Part shown: one piece after another, positions 1 to 9,075 of the stretch
Position numbering within the stretch: the stretch's first letter is position 1
Layout: each line of letters opens with the position of its first letter
From: an uncultured delta proteobacterium
GTDB lineage: Bacteria; Desulfobacterota; Syntrophobacteria; BM002
NCBI GenBank assembly: GCA_963712115.1
Contig: CAVQGX010000062.1
Coordinates: forward strand, 1 to 32,426
Length of the DNA stretch: 32,426 bases
Direction of reading: 5' to 3'
Notes under the pieces: generated by a model
Seen by the model: only the letters and a program-made list of their open reading frames with translations
Told to the model about the DNA's origin: nothing
Databases searched by the model: none
Made by a program: the position numbers and the translations under genes

Positions 1-24
1 AGTGAGCGGTAAGCGGAAGGCTCC

Positions 25-122
25 GGCGAGACGAGGATTTAAACGCGGAAGTCGGAACGCGGAACGTGGAATTCTTTTGTGCTAGTGGCCAACTGACTAA
101 ACCGACCAACTGGCTAACCGGC
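25..122. repeat. Composite period-7 (AACGCGG-type) plus period-8 repeat module, copy of 20662-20755
   Basis: 41-77 is identical over 37 bp to 20678-20714; the flanks are similar. Confidence 0.85.
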
Positions 123-187
123 AAAAAAGAAGGATAATTTGGCCCGACCCCGGTTCAGTATTTTACGTTCATACCTCATCATATACA

Positions 188-1593
188 TGTTGTTGACAAG
201 TGATTTGTCCGGTTCATTTTGACAAATGAAATGTCCGCTCCATAGTTTTCAGTCCTCCCCCTGTTACCATGACGAGGCTTTAGCAACGGGGATACGGTTG
301 GATGCCTGGAGTTCAGTGCTGTGAGTTACTTGTTTTGGTACCGGCTTTCCTTTGGCATTGTAGCGACCCAGCAATCTAGTACCCCACCAGACAGTGTGTG
401 TATTATCGAGGTGTTTTCGCACAATAACACGTAAGCCTGCACAGGAGGCTCTTCCTGGCTGTTTGTCTATTTGGAGTCGCACCTTGTTCATGACCACAGT
501 ATTGTCTTTAGCGACAGTGCGACCTTCTTCGAGACAGAGAATTTGGTTGAGGTTAGCGTTGCCAGCAGTGACAAAAGCACTTTGTGGGAGAGCTGGCTCT
601 CTTTTGAATTCTTGATTGTACTGAGGCAAAAAGCGCTGACGCAGATACCGATTTGCCCCTTTGATGGTGGAGATTCTAGCGATTCGCAACTCATTAACCA
701 ACCGATCCTGTAGGGTGCGATTGATGCGCTCACTTCGTCCTCGTGCTTGCGGCGAGTAGGAGGGAATATGCTCTACGCCGAGACGAGCCAAACAGCGTCC
801 AACTTGGGTGAGGTTTTCCTTGTCCACCCGACCTCCTGCCTTGGGAGTATGGAAGGCCCAGCTGGCCCGATCGGTATACAGTGCCATGGGGATCCCGTAG
901 GTTTCTGTGACCTCGCCCAGGGCTGTCATCACCGCCCAGGTGGACTCTTTTTTCCACAGCTGGGCATACAGAAGACCGTTGGTGGCGTCATCGACTACGG
1001 TAATCATCGTTTGGTATTGCTCTGCGTTTCGGGCCAACCACCTATGACGGCTGCCATCCAGATGGAGCATTTCTCCAAACAGGGCCCGGCGCTCTCGTCT
1101 TTTGCGGTGTCTGCCGCGTTTACGTCTTTTTTTGACTAGGCCTGCTTCCTGGAGTGCTTTTTTGACAAAGCTGTATGAAAGGCTTACTTCATGTTCTCTG
1201 CGTGCAATCCCATGGAAATGGCGGACATTAAAGCCCTGATATCGCTCGCGGTAGAGGCGAAGTACCTTCTCAACCTCTGCCACCGGTGCCCGACGGGGCG
1301 AGGGTTTTCCTGCACGACGGTCCAAAAGACCGTCATAGCCATAGAGCTCGTAGCGCCCTCTCCAACGCCTCAAACTACGTGGGCTTATCGCCAAAATGTC
1401 AGCTGCTTGTGTCCACTTCAACTGTCCGCTCATCGCTCTAAGGATCACTTCTTGAATCTTCATTGCCCGCTCCAGCGCGGATGGCCCGTACAGTTTCATA
1501 GGCAACCCTCCTCGGTTACCTTTGTACAGCCTTCCGCCGAAAAGCGGACATTTCATTTGTTAAAATATGCGGTCACATTATGTACCAACTACA
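188..1593 (-). mobile_element. Insertion sequence, IS1202/ISNCY-like (IS481-related), ~1406 bp
   Basis: Imperfect ~52-bp terminal inverted repeats at 188-239 (TGTTGTTG...ACAAATGAAATGTCCGCT) and 1543-1593 (reverse complement TGTAGTTG...ACAAATGAAATGTCCGCT), with TGT...ACA termini, enclosing one transposase. No target-site duplication seen. Confidence 0.88.
264..1499 (-). CDS. DDE transposase (ISNCY/IS1202-type), 411 aa
   Basis: N-terminal HTH (WTQAADILAISPRSLRRW) and integrase-like core LHLDGS / LYTDRAS / PQARGRSERINRTLQDRL. ATG at 1499 is preceded by a GAGGAGG RBS; the ORF-track start at 1556 lies inside the TIR. Confidence 0.92.
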   Translation of the reverse strand: MKLYGPSALERAMKIQEVILRAMSGQLKWTQAADILAISPRSLRRWRGRYELYGYDGLLDRRAGKPSPRRAPVAEVEKVLRLYRERYQGFNVRHFHGIARREHEVSLSYSFVKKALQEAGLVKKRRKRGRHRKRRERRALFGEMLHLDGSRHRWLARNAEQYQTMITVVDDATNGLLYAQLWKKESTWAVMTALGEVTETYGIPMALYTDRASWAFHTPKAGGRVDKENLTQVGRCLARLGVEHIPSYSPQARGRSERINRTLQDRLVNELRIARISTIKGANRYLRQRFLPQYNQEFKREPALPQSAFVTAGNANLNQILCLEEGRTVAKDNTVVMNKVRLQIDKQPGRASCAGLRVIVRKHLDNTHTVWWGTRLLGRYNAKGKPVPKQVTHSTELQASNRIPVAKASSW

Positions 1594-1610
1594 CTGCACT
1601 GGCAGAAACG

Positions 1611-1639
1611 TTGACAAATCTAAGTTATTAATCTAAAAT
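1611..1639 (+). promoter_or_regulatory. Sigma70 promoter for the oxidoreductase operon
   Basis: TTGACA-17 bp-TAAAAT. Confidence 0.75.
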
Positions 1640-1876
1640 TCTGCTCTCCCTTACCAAGGGCGTTTTCCAAGATGTGAGCTATCCCTCTTCTACCCCACTC
1701 CAAAGAGGGCAATCCACCAATTTACCTGCTCAAGGGCATGGCACAAAAACGGCGACCTCAAACTGTCCAGGTTGGTAAAATAAAACCTGCAGTTTGGGTG
1801 GCACAATGAATTATTATATCTCTAGTCGGAGCAGTGCAGCAGAGCAGGGGTTTTACTGGCCAAGGAGAGAACTAAG

Positions 1877-4800
1877 ATGGAGCAAAGGTTTGATATTGAG
1901 ACTTTGCAGAAAGAGTTGCCTTTTTACAAGATCAGGCTAGAGCAGTCCAAGAAGAGAGAATTTAATTGGAAGAGAGAATGGGACAGGTTTGATGCCAAGA
2001 ACATTTTCAACTTTGACATCTCCTCTATCTCAAAAAGAAACCTCGAGCAAATGCAGAGTCGCGAGGAGGTTTTGTTAGACGGCAATCATGCAGCGCTTTC
2101 TGTGTTTGAAAGGGTTGTAGATGGACTTTGCGGCTATCCCATAACGCCTTCAACGGCCATTGCCGAGGATTTTGCCAAGGCTGCCGCCGATGGCAAGAAG
2201 AACCTTTTCGGCCGAGAACTGATGTATTTCCAGCCAAGTGACGAGCTGTCAGCTATTGCGGCAGTAGAGGCCATGGCTTGCCAAGGGGGCCGCTACTCTG
2301 ACAATACGTCGTCCCAAGGATTGGTGCTCAAGACGAAAAATCTATTCTCTGTGGCGGGAAAGCGACTGCCGGTGGTTATGACCGTCATGGCCCGCGAGGT
2401 AAATAAAGGCTCCCTGAGCATACACTGTGGTCACACAGATTTCTACGGTGTGCGTAATGCCGGATGGGCACAACTTGTATCGGCTGACAATCAAGAACTG
2501 CACGATCTTATGGCCGTGGCTTTCAAAGTAGCAGAGACCAGACAGGTGATGCTCCCCTGTATGGTCATTGGGGACGGTTTTATCAAGAGCCATGCCCTGG
2601 AAAACATCAAACTGCTCTCTGATTCTTTTCTCAAGTATTTTGTGGGCTCGGCAAACCGTTTGTATCAGCCCGACTTTGAGCAAAGATACCTTTCTGGCAC
2701 TTTTACCGACATGGACCTAACCATGGAAGGGCAGGTGGCACAGGACCTGGCTTACAGGTTCATCAAGAGGTGTTTTGTTGCGGCCATGGAAATGATGAAC
2801 CAGATTTTGGATACCAACCACAAGGTAGTGGAATGTTACCGCACCGAAGATGCCGACATGGTCGTTCTGATCATGGGTTCGGCGGCCGGTGTGGTCAAAG
2901 ACGTGGTGGATCACTATCGAAACACCAAGGGCTGGAAAGTAGGTTTGGTGCGACCTGTTCTCTTTACTCCTCCCTGCTATGAAGAGCTTGCCTACGGTGT
3001 GCGCAATGCCAAGATTGTTACTGTACTTGAACGCAGTGGAACGGCCCACAATCAGCTACTCATGGCCGACATCCAGGCCGCTCTGCAAGTTTCCAATAGG
3101 GCCGGCCGCGAAGGCAAGAAAGAACACCGAACTTATGGTCGCCATGATATGCCCACACTCCTGCACGGAGTTTACGGTCTGGGAAGTAAGGACTTCAACA
3201 AATATGATGCGGCTGCAGTAATAGAGAATATGAAAGCGTGTCTTGCTGGAAAGCGGGGCCGGTTCCACCGGGATTTCTTTGCCGGCATTGAAGGCCCTTA
3301 TACTCTGAAACCGGTTGAACTCCCTGATTATCAGGAACGGGAACTGGGTATGACCTTTATTGGCATTGGCGCCGAAGGAGTGAAAACAGCCTTAGAGACA
3401 GCCGCCTTGGTCTACTCGCAAGACAAAGGAGAGGGCTGCAAATATATCCAGTCAGGGGCACGGTATGGTGCAGCACGTAAAGGGGCTGCTGTTTTCATGA
3501 ACATGCGGATAAGCAACCACCCCATTCGCAACAGCTCGCAACTTAGCGAGCACGATGTATTGGCTTTTTTCAACGAGAAGTTTGCCTCTGGACACATCCT
3601 GCAGGAGAATGCGGCAGGTTTAAAGCCACAAGGGCTGTTTGTAATCAATAGCCCCAGAAGCACCGAGGAGATCTTGGCCTCTTTTCCTCCCCAGGTACAG
3701 AAACTAATCGAAGATCGAAAAGTCAAACTTGTAGCCATAGATGCAACCAGGGCAGCCCTCCAGCATTTGAATCGCAATCTGCCGGGCGCTGCCATGCTGG
3801 GCCTAATCAATAAAGAAAGAAACATTCTGCCGGAGGACGAGTTTGAGAGCCGCTTGAAAAGCGTTTTTGAAGAAAAAATGGGAGTAAAAAAGGGAAAAGA
3901 AGTAATTGAGTCCAACATTGCTCTTCTCAGGCATGGAGCATCCCTTGTAGCCACCGGTTCTTCCTCCGAAGTTGCTCTTGATACAACTTGCGTTCCCTAT
4001 GATGTGGCTGAGCCGGAAAACTTTGGACAGAAGCGCAGGGCAGCTGGACTTCCTGTTTCACTCACCGAAAAGGACGAAATGGGTACCATCAAGCCGGTAA
4101 CCCTCTCGAAGAACTACCAGCAGATCTTCTATGACAATATAGTCCAGCCCATCGTTGAAGGGAAAAAGGTCCCCTGGGATAGGTTTCTCTCTGTGGTACC
4201 TGCTGCCACAAGCAGATACAGGGATATGAGTCACATAGGAAGCCAGCTTCCGGTCTACGATTCAGCAAAATGCACCGCCTGTGGTCTGTGCGCTGCTTCA
4301 TGCCCAGACTCGGCACTCTATGCGACAATTACTGATCACCCCATTCCAGATGGTGCCAAACCTTATTTCCGGGTATTCAAAAAACCGCCCAAGGGAATCC
4401 CCTGGGAAAGGTTCGCCATGAACATAAACGTTATTCCCGGAGCCTGTAAAGGCTGCGCCATCTGTGCCCAGGTGTGCCCAGTCGATGCCATGAAAATGGT
4501 GGACAAGCTTCATGCTAGCGAAGTTGATTTTCTCCCTGACAAATACAGGGATTTAGACAAGACTCTTGAGGCAGCTCCTTATGTGAACCAGATGGCTATC
4601 AACCAGCAGGTGCTTTTCGTTTTCTCGAAACTGTACCCGGGCAGACATACCCTGTGTCCTGGTTGCAGTGAGGGGACCATTGGCCTGTTGACTTTCTTTG
4701 CGGCCGAATCCCTCCGTAACAACCCCCAAGGGATCGCAACATTCTATCAGGGAATAAAGGTTCTATCCGAACAGAGCCGACGAGCCATCGATCACATGCT

Positions 4801-5746
4801 GGATTACGGCTTCAACATTTACACTATTACCGCCACCGGTTGCAGTGAAGTCTCGGAACTGGCAAATCCTTTCAATGACCGCATTTATCAGGCAGGCCAC
4901 TACGGCTTCGGCACAGCTTCAGCTGCAGCGCTTGGGGCCAAATTCAGTCTGGACCAGGCTTATATCAGTGGTTTTAGTAATGTGCTGAGCAAGATAATCG
5001 TCTTTGCCGGCGATGGTGCCATTTATGATATAGGCAATGGGCCCTTCAACTATGCTCTTGGCGAAAATTATGACATCACCTGGATAATCTATAACAATGA
5101 AGGCTATATGAACACGGGGGCTCAGAAATCCGGCGCCACGCGTTACGGCTGTGACCGTTCCACCTCTCCCATAGGCCAAAAGTACGGCGGCAAGAACACT
5201 CTGCATCGGAGGATTATCAGCCAGGCCATGGGAATTTCCCATGTCTATGCTGCCAAACTGAGCATTGATAATCCTTTTTACGCCATCAAAATCTTAAAGG
5301 AGGCTATTGCCTATAGTGGACCATCAGTGGTGGAATTTTTCTCAGTGTGTCCGCAGGGCCACCAGACCAATGACTGGGCCGGTCCCTTACTATCAAGGAT
5401 GATGGTGGAATCGAGAAAATGGCAGGTGGCAGTGCGAAGGCCATTTCAGCGGTTGGACATTTCGGCTAACCCAGAGCCAGAGGCCATTTATCCAAGCGAA
5501 GGGCGATCTTTTAAGAAAAAGATCAAACGGGAGCCGGCAACCTTTTACGATGTGGTTAGTATGTTGGGGCAGTACAACCGCCACATAAAGACCCATGAAG
5601 GTGAAGATATTCCTGAAATAGTCCTGGTCAATGAGACAGTGAGCCTATTTAGGTGGCTCAGAAATCAGTATCAGGCTGGATACCGTGACACTATGCCTAC
5701 TGAGGAGGTAGTGGAACGGATGGTAGCAGAACGCTACAAGTTCTAA
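1877..5746 (+). CDS. Single-chain pyruvate/2-oxoacid:ferredoxin oxidoreductase (alpha-gamma-delta-beta fusion)
   Basis: YPITPST, TSSQGL, GVYGLG; gamma-like GIGAEG...YGAARKG; two ferredoxin motifs CTACGLCAASCP and CKGCAICAQVCP; beta-like LCPGC, ATGC, GDGAIYDIG...NNEGYMNTG (TPP/Mg). RBS AAGGAG. Confidence 0.92.
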   Translation: MEQRFDIETLQKELPFYKIRLEQSKKREFNWKREWDRFDAKNIFNFDISSISKRNLEQMQSREEVLLDGNHAALSVFERVVDGLCGYPITPSTAIAEDFAKAAADGKKNLFGRELMYFQPSDELSAIAAVEAMACQGGRYSDNTSSQGLVLKTKNLFSVAGKRLPVVMTVMAREVNKGSLSIHCGHTDFYGVRNAGWAQLVSADNQELHDLMAVAFKVAETRQVMLPCMVIGDGFIKSHALENIKLLSDSFLKYFVGSANRLYQPDFEQRYLSGTFTDMDLTMEGQVAQDLAYRFIKRCFVAAMEMMNQILDTNHKVVECYRTEDADMVVLIMGSAAGVVKDVVDHYRNTKGWKVGLVRPVLFTPPCYEELAYGVRNAKIVTVLERSGTAHNQLLMADIQAALQVSNRAGREGKKEHRTYGRHDMPTLLHGVYGLGSKDFNKYDAAAVIENMKACLAGKRGRFHRDFFAGIEGPYTLKPVELPDYQERELGMTFIGIGAEGVKTALETAALVYSQDKGEGCKYIQSGARYGAARKGAAVFMNMRISNHPIRNSSQLSEHDVLAFFNEKFASGHILQENAAGLKPQGLFVINSPRSTEEILASFPPQVQKLIEDRKVKLVAIDATRAALQHLNRNLPGAAMLGLINKERNILPEDEFESRLKSVFEEKMGVKKGKEVIESNIALLRHGASLVATGSSSEVALDTTCVPYDVAEPENFGQKRRAAGLPVSLTEKDEMGTIKPVTLSKNYQQIFYDNIVQPIVEGKKVPWDRFLSVVPAATSRYRDMSHIGSQLPVYDSAKCTACGLCAASCPDSALYATITDHPIPDGAKPYFRVFKKPPKGIPWERFAMNINVIPGACKGCAICAQVCPVDAMKMVDKLHASEVDFLPDKYRDLDKTLEAAPYVNQMAINQQVLFVFSKLYPGRHTLCPGCSEGTIGLLTFFAAESLRNNPQGIATFYQGIKVLSEQSRRAIDHMLDYGFNIYTITATGCSEVSELANPFNDRIYQAGHYGFGTASAAALGAKFSLDQAYISGFSNVLSKIIVFAGDGAIYDIGNGPFNYALGENYDITWIIYNNEGYMNTGAQKSGATRYGCDRSTSPIGQKYGGKNTLHRRIISQAMGISHVYAAKLSIDNPFYAIKILKEAIAYSGPSVVEFFSVCPQGHQTNDWAGPLLSRMMVESRKWQVAVRRPFQRLDISANPEPEAIYPSEGRSFKKKIKREPATFYDVVSMLGQYNRHIKTHEGEDIPEIVLVNETVSLFRWLRNQYQAGYRDTMPTEEVVERMVAERYKF

Positions 5747-5748
5747 CA

Positions 5749-5819
5749 AACTCGGAATTCGGTGCGGGGAACGCGGATCTCGTCTTTTGCATTCCGCCTT
5801 CCCCGTTCCCCGTTCTGCG
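5749..5819. repeat. Period-7 inverted-arm hairpin (CGCGGAA / TTCCCCG family)
   Basis: CTCGGAA TTCGGTG CGGGGAA CGCGGAT ... TTCCGCC TTCCCCG TTCCCCG TTCTGCG, starting 3 nt after the stop codon. Confidence 0.75.
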
Positions 5820-5831
5820 GTAATCATTTCT

Positions 5832-7118
5832 ATGCACATCCCAGCTCTAATAAAAGTTCTTTGCTGCTTTGGTCTAATCCTGGCCTTGAATCGCTTGCGA
5901 CTGCACCTCAGCATCTGTCTATTAATTGGGACTGTAGCAGTGGGATTTTGGATGGGGCAGTCGCCGGTACAGATCGGTCACGGTTTGGCAGTAAGTTTTA
6001 CCAGCATGGAGACCTTGCAACTGGTGGCGATAATTTGTCTCATTCTCGTGGTAAGTCAATTGATGAAGGTCTCTGGCCAACTGGACCGCATTGTTAAGAA
6101 CTTCGTTGCCATGGTTAAAAATGCCTCCACTGTAAGTGTAGTCATGCCCGCTCTTATTGGGCTTTTGCCCATGCCCGGCGGTGCTCTCTTTTCAGCCCCT
6201 ATGGTAGAAACGGCTGTAACTGGATGCTCCCTGTCACAGGATCGAAAAACGGCGGTTAATTACTGGTTTCGTCATATCTGGGAATTCTGGTGGCCACTTT
6301 ATCCTGGCGTGGTTTTGGCGGTAAGTCTACTGCAGGTGGAAATGTGGCGCTTCATTCTGATCCAGGCCCCGCTCACCCTCATCTCCGTAGGGGCGGGGAG
6401 TATCTTCCTCCTACGACCTCTCCGTGGGAATGGCAATAGAGATAACCATGGAAACAGGGGAGTACAGGTTTTAGCTCCATTTTTGTGGGAGGTTATGCCG
6501 ATTTTGCTGGTGGTCGGTTGTATCGTGTTCCTGGCCTTGTTACGGAACTGCCTCCTATGGGCTGGGGTAAGGGTCAATCTTCCTACCTCCTTGCCCCTCC
6601 TCCTCGGACTGCTGACTTGCTCGATTTGGGTCATGTGGACAAATAGGCTCCGCCTGCAGGATCTATGGAAAGCTGTAATGAATCGTAACACCCTGCCCAT
6701 GCTTCTCCTCATTTTTGGCATTATGGCCTTCAAGGGAGCCCTAATAGACAGCCAGGCCGTTTTGCAGATCAGAGAGGAAATGGTCCAATACCAGATTCCA
6801 TTTCTCATGGTCGTCATGGGCATGCCCTTTGTTTCCGGTCTTATCACCGGTATTGCCGTTGGTTTTGTGGGTGCAACATTCCCTCTTCTGGTACCCCTCT
6901 TTGCGGGACTTTCACCCCTTGACTTTCTACTGCATGCCTCACTCGCCTATGTTTCAGGCTACGTGGGCATGATGCTGTCGCCTGTTCACCTCTGCCTGCT
7001 AGTCACCAAGGACTATTTCAAGGCCAGCCTGGCGGCCAGTTATCGGCATATATATAAGCCAGCGGTGGCCTTGATGCTGACCTGGATGGTGGTCTTGGGC
7101 CTGATCCACTCCCTGTAA
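5832..7118 (+). CDS. DUF401-family (ion-transporter superfamily) membrane protein
   Basis: Multi-TM protein with PALIGLLPMPGGALFSAP, NYWFRHIWE.WWPLYPG and SPVHLCL motifs. ATG at 5832 chosen because upstream codons lie inside the repeat. Confidence 0.82.
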   Translation: MHIPALIKVLCCFGLILALNRLRLHLSICLLIGTVAVGFWMGQSPVQIGHGLAVSFTSMETLQLVAIICLILVVSQLMKVSGQLDRIVKNFVAMVKNASTVSVVMPALIGLLPMPGGALFSAPMVETAVTGCSLSQDRKTAVNYWFRHIWEFWWPLYPGVVLAVSLLQVEMWRFILIQAPLTLISVGAGSIFLLRPLRGNGNRDNHGNRGVQVLAPFLWEVMPILLVVGCIVFLALLRNCLLWAGVRVNLPTSLPLLLGLLTCSIWVMWTNRLRLQDLWKAVMNRNTLPMLLLIFGIMAFKGALIDSQAVLQIREEMVQYQIPFLMVVMGMPFVSGLITGIAVGFVGATFPLLVPLFAGLSPLDFLLHASLAYVSGYVGMMLSPVHLCLLVTKDYFKASLAASYRHIYKPAVALMLTWMVVLGLIHSL

Positions 7119-7150
7119 TAAGTCCCAGTTACAATGGCGTCGCACAAGAG

Positions 7151-7270
7151 AATTAGTAACTAGGCACTAATCACTAGGCACCAAATTAATGATCAAATTA
7201 CTATGCGTATGGTCTCGGACCCGCGGCTAGCCACCCACCGAATTTAGGTAGATTTTTTGGTCTGGAATTT
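7151..7270. repeat. Degenerate period-7 array (TAGGCAC family) with a decayed opposite arm
   Basis: AAC TAGGCAC TAATCAC TAGGCAC CAAATT...; the reverse-complement type occurs at 23434-23456. Confidence 0.55.
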
Positions 7271-7380
7271 GCAGAGAATTTTATAGCCATTTCCTTGCTC
7301 CCATATTCTTAGCTCGGGAGTAGGGCAGGGAGTGGACAGGTCTGCAAATGGACACTGATTGATTTTAAGGGGATATTCTC

Positions 7381-9072
7381 TTGGCATCGGTTGAGGAAAA
7401 AAAGTCGGATACCTTGAAATCCAGCCCAAATGAAGAGGAATGGCAGGCTGCAGAAAAGGTTCTCACCAGTTTGCAACTCGCCCGGAAGAACTATTCCCTC
7501 TATCCCGAAAACCATGTCAATTGTGAGAGGGCTCAAGAGCAATTTTGGTTGCAGCTTGATAACTACCTAAGATCCTATGGTAATCTGCGGTTCGATCTGG
7601 CAAAAGACAAACTTCTCTTCCAGGGGGAGGTGATCCTCTCAGAGCCCCCGGAGGAAGGCAACCTGCCTTTTACCCTGTTCCGGGATGGAATCCAGTGGCT
7701 GGAACTGCAGAAAGGGATTGACTCAGAAGAGGTAGAACAGTTCCTGCGGCTTCTCAACAAGTACCGTATTCTATCAGATGAGCCTGAGGGTGACCTAGTA
7801 ACAGCTCTTTGGGAGGCGAGATTTCCCCACATTCAGTATTACGTTGCAGACATGTTCTGGGGGGCTGAACCGGAGCTTGACCTCACGGCTTCTCCTGCTG
7901 CCGAAGATGCAGAGTTGTTGGAGGAAGAAAAGGAAAAGGGTCCGAAGTCAGAGTGCTTTCCTCCAATAGAGCCGGCCGCACTTAAGATGACGCCGGAGGA
8001 AGAGGCTGAACTTCGGGAGATGGTTCGCACGGAGGAGAAGCGCGATCCAGTATCCGAATATTTGGATATCCTCTTGGACAGCCTTCTGGAGCTGAGAGAA
8101 AAAGAGAATTTTGTCCCGATTCTCGAATCACTGGAGGAGGTATTCCACGATCTTCTTGCTCGAAAACACTTCGAGACCGCCCTGAAGATTCTCAAAAGCC
8201 TAAACTACGTTCGCAAAACCTGTGCGACCGAAACAACTTGGGCTCTGCCGCTAATTGACAATTTCTTTCTAACTGCCTCAAGTGCTAAATCCCTCCGGCC
8301 TCTACAAACAGCCTGGCTGGACATGGATACAGAGGAGATAGGTCAAATCAAGCAGATCCTAGTTCTTCTTCAACCTGAAGCCATCCAAACTCTAGGTGGA
8401 ATGCTGCTCGAAACTAGTTCTTTGGGGCTGCAAAAAATGCTTCTGGAAGTAATCCTTGTTCTTGCCCACCGAGATCTTAAGCCCCTGGAGGCCATGCTGG
8501 GTAGGCCGGAGGAAGAGTTGGTACAAAAACTTGTGTATGTGCTGGGCCGCATAGATGGTGAAAGGTCCACACAAATTCTAGAAAGGATGGTTCGCCATCC
8601 TTCGGCAAAAGTTCGCCATGAGGCCCTAAAGCCCCTGTTGACTAAGGGGTTCACAGAGATCAAAGGGCTCTTCCATCTCATTGAGGACAAGAACGATGCT
8701 ATTCGCCGCTTAATTTTACGCCACATGTCTCAGGATAGAAACACAGTCACAGAGACTCTCCTACTGGAGTACCTCGAGGAGGGTAAGCTAAATCGGTCCG
8801 ATGACGAGCACATCATTGCGTGCTTCAGGACCCTTGGAAGGTGCGGATCACCACGTTCGATTCCCTTTCTGAGAAAAACCCTTCTCGGTCGTGCTTGGCT
8901 GCCAGGTTTCCGGAAGCTGTCATATAGACAGGGTGCAGCCTTTGCCTTGCAGTCCATGGGGATGGAGGAGGCTCAGAAGGTGCTGGAAGAGGCCAGTAAG
9001 AGCCTTTTCCCAGGTGTGAGGGGTATTGCCCGAAAGATAATTGAGGAGCAGAGAAAGCAAAGAAAGGGGTAA
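7381..9072 (+). CDS. HEAT-repeat protein, partner of the downstream HD-GYP
   Basis: Helical repeats (LVYVLGRI, VRHEALK, FRTLGRCG, AAFALQSMG); N-terminal SLYPENH domain; TTG start after AAGGGG. Confidence 0.75.
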   Translation: MASVEEKKSDTLKSSPNEEEWQAAEKVLTSLQLARKNYSLYPENHVNCERAQEQFWLQLDNYLRSYGNLRFDLAKDKLLFQGEVILSEPPEEGNLPFTLFRDGIQWLELQKGIDSEEVEQFLRLLNKYRILSDEPEGDLVTALWEARFPHIQYYVADMFWGAEPELDLTASPAAEDAELLEEEKEKGPKSECFPPIEPAALKMTPEEEAELREMVRTEEKRDPVSEYLDILLDSLLELREKENFVPILESLEEVFHDLLARKHFETALKILKSLNYVRKTCATETTWALPLIDNFFLTASSAKSLRPLQTAWLDMDTEEIGQIKQILVLLQPEAIQTLGGMLLETSSLGLQKMLLEVILVLAHRDLKPLEAMLGRPEEELVQKLVYVLGRIDGERSTQILERMVRHPSAKVRHEALKPLLTKGFTEIKGLFHLIEDKNDAIRRLILRHMSQDRNTVTETLLLEYLEEGKLNRSDDEHIIACFRTLGRCGSPRSIPFLRKTLLGRAWLPGFRKLSYRQGAAFALQSMGMEEAQKVLEEASKSLFPGVRGIARKIIEEQRKQRKG

Positions 9073-9075
9073 AAC

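Noticed and set aside
394-1631. Short ORFs in and around the IS, and antisense ORFs inside large genes throughout the window
   Set aside because: Shadow frames of well-supported CDSs with no independent evidence.
1640-1876. TPP riboswitch in the long oxidoreductase leader
   Set aside because: Two hairpins are present (about 1684-1708 and 1761-1796) but the CUGAGA and AUACC..GAACCUG motifs are absent.
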